From Paragordius varius (Eukaryota > Animalia > Nematomorpha), in NCBI GenBank assembly GCA_964247055.1, contig OZ176050.1:620001-684000 (forward strand): 64,000 nt of DNA, read 5' to 3'. The stretch's first letter is position 1. Each line of letters starts with the position of its first letter. Both the position numbers and the translations under genes were made by a program. Of this stretch, positions 1-10,751 are shown in pieces. Below the pieces are notes generated by a model that was not told where the DNA came from, made no database searches, and saw only the letters and a list, made by a program, of their open reading frames with translations.

Positions 1-8
1 AAATAAAA

Positions 9-181
9 ATGGCTACCTAAAATCCAAATTTGATCAGGTGATGTCACCATAATTTTTTTTGGGTAGCCCTATGGTAGTTCCATCATCACCCCAAATATTT
101 TGGGGATCGGAGTATAAATGTAATTTTTATGAATTTTTTAAATATTTAAAAAATTTATTTTATACGATATTAAAAATAAAA
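9..181. repeat. First complete monomer (reference unit), bipartite: ~105 bp at ~39% GC plus ~68 bp at ~6% GC
   Basis: Direct count on the majority monomer: 41 G+C in the first 105 bp and 4 G+C in the last 68 bp. Confidence 0.95.
132..155. repeat. Perfect 24 bp AT-only palindrome AATTTTTTAAATATTTAAAAAATT, present in most full-length monomers (first instance given)
   Basis: The sequence equals its own reverse complement (aa tttttt aaa t a ttt aaaaaa tt). Confidence 0.97.
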
Positions 182-3100
182 ATGGCTACCTAAAATCCAA
201 ATTTGATCAGGTGATGTCACCATAATTTTTTTTGGGTAGCCCTATGGTAATTCCATCATCACCCCAAATATTTTCGAGATCGGAGTATAAATGTAATTTT
301 TATGAATTTTTTAAATATTTAAAAAATTTATTTTATACGATTTTAAAAATAAAAATGGCTACCTATCCAAATTTGATCAGGTGATGTCACCATAATTGTT
401 TTTGGGTAGTTCTATGATAATTCCATCATCACCCCAAATATTGTCGAGATCGGAGTATAAATGTAATTTTTTTGAATTTTTTAAATATTTAAAAAATTTA
501 TTTTATACGATTTTAAAAATAAAAATGGCTACCTAAAATCCAAATTTGATCAGGTGATGTCACTATAATTTTTTTGGGTAGCCCTATGGTAGTTCCATCA
601 TCACCCCAAATATTTTGGGGATCGGACTATAAATGTAATTTTTATGAATTTTTTAAATATTTAAAAAATTTATTTTATACGATTTTAAAAATAAAAATGG
701 CTACCTAAAATCCAAATTTGATCAGGTGATGTCACCATAATTTTTTTTGGGTAGCCCTATGGTAGTTCCATCATCACCCCAAATATTTTGGGGATCGGAC
801 TATAAATGTAATTTTTATGAATTTTTTAAATATTTAAAAAATTTATTTTATACGATTTTAAAAATAAAAATGGCTACCTAAAATCCAAATTTGATCAGGT
901 GATGTCTCCATAATTTTTTTGGGTAGCCCTATGGTAGATCCATCATCACCCCAAATATTTTCGAGATCGGAGTATAAATGTAATTTTTATGAATTTTTTA
1001 AATATTTAAAAAATTTATTTTATACGATTTTAAAAATAAAAATGGCTACCTAAAATCCAAATTTGATCAGGTGATGTCACCATAATTTTTTTTGGGTAGC
1101 CCTATGGTAGTTCCATCATCACCCCAAATATTTTGGGGATCGGAGTATAAATGTAATTTTTATGAATTTTTTAAATATTTAAAAAATTTATTTTATACGA
1201 TATTAAAAATAAAAATGGCTACCTAAAATCCAAATTTGATCAGGTGATGTCACCATAATTTTTTTTGGGTAGCCCTATGGTAATTCCATCATCACCCCAA
1301 ATATTTTCGAGATCGGAGTATAAATGTAATTTTTATGAATTTTTTAAATATTTAAAAAATTTATTTTATACGATTTTAAAAATAAAAATGGCTACCTATC
1401 CAAATTTGATCAGGTGATGTCACCATAATTGTTTTTGGGTTACCCTATGATAATTCCATCATCACCCCAAATATTGTCGAGATCGGAGTATAAATGTAAT
1501 TTTTTTGAATTTTTTAAATATTTAAAAAATTTATTTTATACGATTTTAAAAATAAAAATGGCTACCTAAAATCAAAATTTGATCAGGTGATGTCGCCATA
1601 ATTTTGTTTGGGTAGCCCTATGGTAGTTCCATCATCACCCCAAATATTTTGGGGATCGGACTATAAATGTAATTTTTATGAATTTTTTAAATATTTAAAA
1701 AATTTATTTTATACGATTTTAAAAATAAAAATGGCTACCAAAAATCCAAATTTGATCAGGTGATGTCACCATAATTTTTTTAAAATTTATTTTATACGAT
1801 TTTAAAAATAAAAATGGCTACCTAAAATCCAAATTTGATCAGGTGATGTCACCATAATTTTTTTTGGGTAGCCCTATGGTAGTTCCATCATCACCCCAAA
1901 TATTTTCGAGATCGGAGTATAAATGTAATTTTTATGAATTTTTTAAATATTTAAAAAATTTATTTTATACGATTTTAAAAATAAATGGCTACCTAAAATC
2001 CAAATTTGATCAGGTGATGTCACCATAATTTTTTTTGGGTAGCCCTATGGTAGTTCCATCATCACCCCAAATATTTTCGAGATCGGAGTATAAATGTGAT
2101 TTTTATGAATTTTTTAAATATTTAAAAAATTTATTTTATACGATTTTAAAAATAAAAATGGCTACCTAAAATCCAAATTTGATCAGGTGATGTCTCCATA
2201 ATTTTTTTGGGTAGCCCTATGGTAGATCCATCATCACCCCAAATATTTTCGAGATCGGAGTATAAATGTAATTTTTATGAATTTTTTAAATATTTAAAAA
2301 ATTTATTTTATACGATTTTAAAAATAAAAATGGCTACCTAAAATCCAAATTTGATCAGGTGATGTCACCATAATTTTTTTTGGGTAGCCCTATGGTAGTT
2401 CCATCATCACCCCAAATATTTTGGGGATCGGAGTATAAATGTAATTTTTATGAATTTTTTAAATATTTAAAAAATTTATTTTATACGATATTAAAAATAA
2501 AAATGGCTACCTAAAATCCAAATTTGATCAGGTGATGTCACCATAATTTTTTTTGGGTAGCCCTATGGTAATTCCATCATCACCCCAAATATTTTCGAGA
2601 TCGGAGTATAAATGTAATTTTTATGAATTTTTTAAATATTTAAAAAATTTATTTTATACGATTTTAAAAATAAAAATGGCTACCTATCCAAATTTGATCA
2701 GGTGATGTCACCATAATTGTTTTTGGGTAGTTCTATGATAATTCCATCATCACCCCAAATATTGTCGAGATCGGAGTATAAATGTAATTTTTTTGAATTT
2801 TTTAAATATTTAAAAAATTTATTTTATACGATTTTAAAAATAAAAATGGCTACCTAAAATCAAAATTTGATCAGGTGATGTCGCCATAATTTTTTTTGGG
2901 TAGCCCTATGGTAGTTCCATCATCACCCCAAATATTTTGGGGATCGGACTATAAATGTAATTTTTATGAATTTTTTAAATATTTAAAAAATTTATTTTAT
3001 ACGATTTTAAAAATAAAAATGGCTACCTAAAATCCAAATTTGATCAGGTGATGTCTCCATAATTTTTTTGGGTAGCCCTATGGTAGTTCCATCATCACCT

Positions 3101-3273
3101 CAAATATTTTGGGGATCGGACTATAAATGTAATTTTTATGAATTTTTTAAATATTTAAAAAATTTATTTTATAGGATTTTAAAAATAAAAATGGCTACCA
3201 AAAATCCAAATTTGATCAGGTGATGTCACCATAATTTTTTTAAAATTTATTTTATACGATTTTAAAAATAAAA

Positions 3274-5765
3274 ATGGCTACCTAAAATCCAAATTTGATC
3301 AGGTGATGTCACCATAATTTTTTTTGGGTAGCCCTATGGTAGTTCCATCATCACCCCAAATATTTTGGGGATCGGAGTATAAATGTAATTTTTATGAATT
3401 TTTTAAATATTTAAAAAATTTATTTTATACGATTTTAAAAATAAAAATGGCTACCTAAAATCCAAATTTGATCAGGTGATGTCACCATAATTTTTTTTGG
3501 GTAGCTTATGGTAGTTCCATCATCACCCCAAATATTTTTGAGATCGGAGTATAAATGTAATTTTTATGAATTTTTTAAATATTTAAAAAATTTATTTTAT
3601 ACGATTTTAAAAATAAAAATGGCTACCTAAAATCCAAATTTGATCAGGTGATGTCACCATAATTTTTTTGGGGTAGCCCTATGGTAGTTCCATCATCATC
3701 CCAAATATTTTCGAGATCGGAGTCTAAATGTAATTTTTATGAATTTTTTAAATATTTAAAAAATTTATTTTATACGATATTAAAAATAAAAATGTCTACC
3801 TAAAATCCAAATTTGATCAGGTGATGTCACCATAATTTTTTTTGGGTAGCCCTATGGTAATTCCATCATCACCCCAAATATTGTCGAGATCCGAGTATAA
3901 ATGTAATTTTTTTGAATTTTTTAAATATTTAAAAAATTTATTTTATACGATTTTAAAAATAAAAATGGCTACCTAAAATCCAAATTTGATCAGGTGATGT
4001 CACCATAATTTTTTTGGGTAGCCCTATGGTTGTTCCATCATCACCTCAAATATTTTCGAGATCGGAGTATAAATGTAATTTTTATGAATTTTTTAAATAT
4101 TTAAAAAATTTATTTTATACGATTTTAAAAATAAAAATGGCTACCTTAAATCCAAATGTGATCAGGTGATATCACCATAATTTTTTTGGGTAGCCCTATG
4201 GAAGTTCCATCATCACCCCAAATATTTTCGAGATCGGAGTATAAATGTAATTTTTATGAATTTTTTAAATATTTAAAAAATTTATTTTATACGATTTTAA
4301 AAATAAATGGCTACCTAAAATCCAAATTTGATCAGGTGATGTCACCATAATTTTTTTTGGGTAGCCCTATGGTAGTTCCATCATCACCCCCAAATATTTT
4401 CGAGATCGGAGTATAAATGTAATTTTTATGAATTTTTTAAATATTTAAAAAATTTATTTTATACGATTTTAAAAATAAAAATGGCTACCTATCCAAATTT
4501 GATCAGGTGATGTCACCATAATTGTTTTTGGGTTACCCTATGATAATTCCATCATCACCCCAAATATTGTCGAGATCGGAGTATAAATGTAATTTTTTTG
4601 AATTTTTTAAATATTTAAAAAATTTATTTTATACGATTTTAAAAATAAAAATGGCTACCTAAAATCAAAATTTGATCAGGTGATGTCGCCATAATTTTGT
4701 TTGGGTAGCCCTATGGTAGTTCCATCATCACCCCAAATATTTTGGGGATCGGACTATAAATGTAATTTTTATGAATATTTTAAATATTTAAAAAATTTAT
4801 TTTATACGATTTTAAAAATAAAAATGGCTACCTAAAATCCAAATTTGATCAGGTGATGTCACCATAATTTTTTTTGGGTAGCCCTATGGTAGTTCCATCA
4901 TCACCCCAAATATTTTCGAGATCGGAGTATAAATGTAATTTTTATGAATTTTTTAAATATTTAAAAAATTTATTTTATACGATTTTAAAAATAAATGGCT
5001 ACCTAAAATCCAAATTTGATCAGGTGATGTCACCATAATTTTTTTTGGGTAGCCCTATGGTAGTTCCATCATCACCCCAAATATTTTCGAGATCGGAGTA
5101 TAAATGTAATTTTTATGAATTTTTTAAATATTTAAAAAATTTATTTTATACGATTTTAAAAATAAAAATGGCTACCTATCCAAATTTGATCAGGTGATGT
5201 CACCATAATTGTTTTTGGGTAGCCCTATGATAATTCCATCATCACCCCAAATATTGTCGAGATCGGAGTATAAATGTAATTTTTTTGAATTTTTTAAATA
5301 TTTAAAAAATTTATTTTATACGATTTTAAAAATAAAAATGGCTACCTAAAATCAAAATTTGATCAGGTGATGTCGCCATAATTTTTTTTGGGTAGCTTAA
5401 TGGTAGTTCCATCATCACCCCAAATATTTTGGGGATCGGACTATAAATGTAATTTTTATGAATTTTTTAAATATTTAAAAAATTTATTTTATACGATTTT
5501 AAAAATAAAAATGGCTACCTAAAATCCAAATTTGATCAGGTGATGTCTCCATAATTTTTTTGGGTAGCCCTATGGTAGTTCCATCATCACCTCAAATATT
5601 TTGGGGATCGGACTATAAATGTAATTTTTATGAATTTTTTAAATATTTAAAAAATTTATTTTATAGGATTTTAAAAATAAAAATGGCTACCTAAAATCCA
5701 AATTTGATCAGGTGATGTCACCATAATTTTTTTAAAATTTATTTTATACGATTTTAAAAATAAAA
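3274..5765. repeat. 15-monomer higher-order repeat unit, 2492 bp (copy 1); the next copy starts at 5766
   Basis: The ordered variant series (gggg+gagt, tagctta, catccc+gtct, atgtct, ...) restarts at 5766, offset 2492. The same offset separates 14527 and 17019. Confidence 0.85.
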
Positions 5766-8700
5766 ATGGCTACCTAAGATCCAAATTTGATCAGGTGATG
5801 TCACCATAGTTTTTTTTGGGTAGCCCTATGGTAGTTCCATCATCACCCCAAATATTTTGGGGATCGGAGTATAAATGTAATTTTTATGAATTTTTTAAAT
5901 ATTTAAAAAATTTATTTTATACGATTTTAAAAATAAAAATGGCTACCTAAAATCCAAATTTGATCAGGTGATGTCACCATAATTTTTTTTGGGTAGCTTA
6001 TGGTAGTTCCATCATCACCCCAAATATTTTCGAGATCGGAGTATAAATGTAATTTTTATGAATTTTTTAAATATTTAAAAAATTTATTTTATACGATTTT
6101 AAAAATAAAAATGGCTAACTAAAATCCAAATTTGATCAGGTGATGTCACCATAATTTTTTTTGGGTAGCCCTATGGTAGTTCCATCATCATCCCAAATAT
6201 TTTCGAGATCGGAGTCTAAATGTAATTTTTATGAATTTTTTAAATATTTAAAAAATTTATTTTATACGATATTAAAAATAAAAATGTCTACCTAAAATCC
6301 AAATTTGATCAGGTGATGTCACCATAATTTTTTTTGGGTAGCCCTATGGTAATTCCATCATCACCCCAAATATTGTCGAGATCGGAGTATAAATGTAATC
6401 TTTTTGAATTTTTTAAATATTTAAAAAATTGATTTTATACGATTTTAAAAATAAAAATGGCTACCTAAAATCCAAATTTGATCAGGTGATGTCACCATAA
6501 TTTTTTTGGGTAGCCCTATGGAAGTTCCATCATCACCCCAAATATTTTCGAGATCGGAGTATAAATGTAATTTTTATGAATTTTTTAAATATTTAAAAAA
6601 TTTATTTTATACGATTTTAAAAATAAATGGCTACCTAAAATCCAAATTTGATCAGGTGATGTCACCATAATTTTTTTTGGGTAGCCCTATGGTAGTTCCA
6701 TCATCACCCCAAATATTTTCGAGATCGGAGTATAAATGTAATTTTTATGAATTTTTTAAATATTTAAAAAATTTATTTTATACGATTTTAAAAATAAAAA
6801 TGGCTACCTATCCAAATTTGATCAGGTGATGTCACCATAATTGTTTTTGGGTTACCCTATGATAATTCCATCATCACCCCAAATATTGTCGAGATCGGAG
6901 TATAAATGTAATTTTTTTGAATTTTTTAAATATTTAAAAAATTTATTTTATACGATTTTAAAAATAAAAATGGCTACCTAAAATCAAAATTTGATCAGGT
7001 GATGTCACCATAATTTTTTTTGGGTAGCCCTATGGTAATTCCATCATCACCCCAAATATTGTCGAGATCGGAGTATAAATGTAATTTTTTTGAATTTTTT
7101 AAATATTTAAAAAATTTATTTTATACGATTTTAAAAATAAAAATGGCTACCTATCCAAATTTGATCAGGTGATGTCACCATAATTGTTTTTGGGTTACCC
7201 TATGATAATTCCATCATCACCCCAAATATTGTCGAGATCGGAGTATAAATTTAATTTTTTTGAATTTTTTAAATATTTAAAAAATTTATTTTATACGATT
7301 TTAAAAATAAAAATGGCTACCTAAAATCAAAATTTGATCAGGTGATGTCGCCATAATTTTGTTTGGGTAGCCCTATGGTAGTTCCATCATCACCCCAAAT
7401 ATTTTGGGGATCGGACTATAAATGTAATTTTTATGAATATTTTAAATATTTAAAAAATTTATTTTATACGATTTTAAAAATAAAAATGGCTACCAAAAAT
7501 CCAAATTTGATCAGGTGATGTCACCATAATTTTTTTAAAATTTATTTTATACGATTTTAAAAATAAAAATGGCTACCTAAAATCCAAATTTGATCAGGTG
7601 ATGTCACCATAATTTTTTTTGGGTAGCCCTATGGTAGTTCCATCATCACCCCAAATATTTTCGAGATCGGAGTATAAATGTAATTTTTATGAATTTTTTA
7701 AATATTTAAAAAATTTATTTTATACGATTTTAAAAATAAATGGCTACCTAAAATCCAAATTTGATCAGGTGATGTCACCATAATTTTTTTTGGGTAGCCC
7801 TATGGTAGTTCCATCATCACCCCAAATATTTTCGAGATCGGAGTATAAATGTAATTTTTATGAATTTTTTAAATATTTAAAAAATTTATTTTATACGATT
7901 TTAAAAATAAAAATGGCTACCTATCCAAATTTGATCAGGTGATGTCACCATAATTGTTTTTGGGTAGCCCTATAATAATTCCATCATCACCCCAAATATT
8001 GTCGAGATCGGAGTATAAATGTAATTTTTTTGAATTTTTTAAATATTTAAAAAATTTATTTTATACGATTATAAAAATAAAAATGGCTACCTAAAATCAA
8101 AATTTGATCAGGTGATGTCGCCATAATTTTTTTTGGGTAGCCCTATGGTAGTTCCATCATCACCCCAAATATTTTGGGGATCGGACTATAAATGTAATTT
8201 TTATGAATTTTTTAAATATTTAAAAAATTTATTTTATACGATTTTAAAAATAAAAATGGCTACCTAAAATCCAAATTTGATCAGGTGATGTCTCCATAAT
8301 TTTTTTGGGTAGCCCTATGGTAGTTCCATCATCACCCCAAATATTTTGGGGTTCGGACTATAAATGTAATTTTTATGAATTTTTTAAATATTTAAAAAAT
8401 TTATTTTATACGATTTTAAAAATCAAAATGGCTACCTAAAATCCAAATTTGATCAGGTGATGTCACTATAATTTTTTTGGGTAGCCCTATGGTAGTTCCA
8501 TCATCACCTCAAATATTTTGGGGATCGGACTATAAATGTAATTTTTATGAATTTTTTAAATATTTAAAAAATTTATTTTATAGGATTTTAAAAATAAAAA
8601 TGGCTACCAAAAATCCAAATTTGATCAGGTGATGTCACCATAATTTTTTTAAAATTTATTTTATACGATTTTACAAATAAAAATGGCTACCTAAAATCCA

Positions 8701-9369
8701 AATTTGATCAGGTGATGTCACCATAATTTTTTTTGGGTAGCCCTATGGTAGTTCCATCATCACCCCAAATATTTTCGAGATCGGAGTATAAATGTAATTT
8801 TTATGAATTTTTTAAATATTTAAAAAATTTATTTTATACGATATTAAAAATAAAAATGGCTACCTAAAATCCAAATTTGATCAGGTGATGTCACCTTAAT
8901 TTTTTTTGGGTATCCCTATGGTAATTCCATCATCACCCCAAATATTTTGGGGATCGGACTATAAATGTAATTTTTATGAATTTTTTAAATATTTAAAAAA
9001 TTTATTTTATACGATTTTAAAAATAAAAATGGCTACCTAAAATCCAAATTTGATCAGGTGATGTCACTATAGTTTTTTTGGGTAGCCCTATGGTAGTTCC
9101 ATCATCACCCCAAATATTTTCGAGATCGGAGTATAAATGTAATTTTTATGAATTTTTTAAATATTTAAAAATTTATTTTATACGATTTTAAAAATAAAAA
9201 TGGCTACCTAAAATCCAAATTTGATCAGGTGATGTCACTACAATTTTTTTGGGTAGCCCTATGGTAGTTCCATCATCACCCCAAATATTTTCGAGATCGG
9301 AGTATAAATGTAATTTTTATGAATTTTTAAATATTTAAAAAATTTATTTTATACGATTTTAAAATAAAA

Positions 9370-10751
9370 ATGGCTACCTAAAATCCAAATTTGATCAGGT
9401 GATGTCACCATAATTTTTTTTGGGTAGCCCTATGGTAGTTCCATCATCACCCCAAATATTGTCGAGATCGGAGTATAAATGTAATTTTTTTGAATTTTTT
9501 AAATATTTAAAAAATTTATTTTATACGATTTTAAAAATAAAAATGGCTACCTAAAATCCAAATTTGATCAGGTGATGTCGCCATAATTTTTTTTGCGTAG
9601 CCCTATGTAGTTTCATCATCACCCCAAATATTTTGGGGATCGGACTATAAATGTAATTTTTATGAATTTTTTAAATATTTAAAAAATTTATTTTATACGA
9701 TTTTAAAAATAAAAATGGCTACCTAAAATCCAAATTTGATCAGGTGATGTCACCATAATTTTTTTTGGGTAGCCCTATGGTAGTTCCATCATCACCCCAA
9801 ATATTTTGGGGATCGGACTATAAATGTAATTTTTATGAATTTTTTAAATATTTAAAAAATTTATTTTATACGATTTTAAAAATAAAAATGGCTACCTAAA
9901 ATCCAAATTTGATCAGGTGATGTCTCCATAATTTTTTTTGGGTAGCCCTATGGTAGTTCCATCATCACCCCAAATATTTTCGAGATCGGAGTATAAATGT
10001 AATTTTTATGAATTTTTAAAATATTTAAAAAATTTATTTTATACGATTTTAAAAATAAAAATGGCTACCTAAAATCCAAATTTGATCAGGTGATGTCACC
10101 ATAATTTTTTTTGGGTAGCCCTATGGTAGTTCCATCATCACCCCAAATATTGTCGAGATCGGAGTATAAATGTAATTTTTTTGAATTTTTTAAATATTTA
10201 AAAAATTTATTTTATACGATTTTAAAAATAAAAATGGCTACCTAAAATCCAAATTTGATCAGGTGATGTCGCCATAATTTTTTTTGCGTAGCCCTATGTA
10301 GTTTCATCATCACCCCAAATATTTTGGGGATCGGACTATAAATGTAATTTTTATGAATTTTTTAAATATTTAAAAAATTTATTTTATACGATTTTAAAAA
10401 TAAAAATGGCTACCTAAAATCCAAATTTGATCAGGTGATGTCACCATAATTTTTTTTGGGTAGCCCTATGGTAGTTCCATCATCACCCCAAATATTTTGG
10501 GGATCGGACTATAAATGTAATTTTTATGAATTTTTTAAATATTTAAAAAATTTATTTTATACGATTTTAAAAATAAAAATGGCTACCTAAAATCCAAATT
10601 TGATCAGGTGATGTCTCCATAATTTTTTTTGGGTAGCCCTATGGTAGTTCCATCATCACCCCAAATATTTTCGAGATCGGAGTATAAATGTAATTTTTAT
10701 GAATTTTTAAAATATTTAATAAATTTATTTTATACGATTTTAAAAATAAAA
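9370..10751. repeat. 4-monomer HOR (691 bp), two tandem copies (domain B type)
   Basis: The diagnostic 'tgcgtagccctatgtagtttc' monomer is at 9543 and 10234 (offset 691), with flanking ttgtcg, gggg and ctcc monomers in the same order. Confidence 0.88.

Noticed and set aside
53-60. 7T/8T/9T tract variation as pure sequencing error
   Set aside because: Tract length travels with specific SNP haplotypes (for example cact+cctc with 7T, and caccatat with 9T in repeated blocks), so most of it appears real. Isolated cases could still be errors.
112-182. TATA-like (gtataaat) and AATAAA-like motifs as promoter or polyadenylation signals
   Set aside because: These are expected by chance in ~6% GC sequence, and there is no associated gene.
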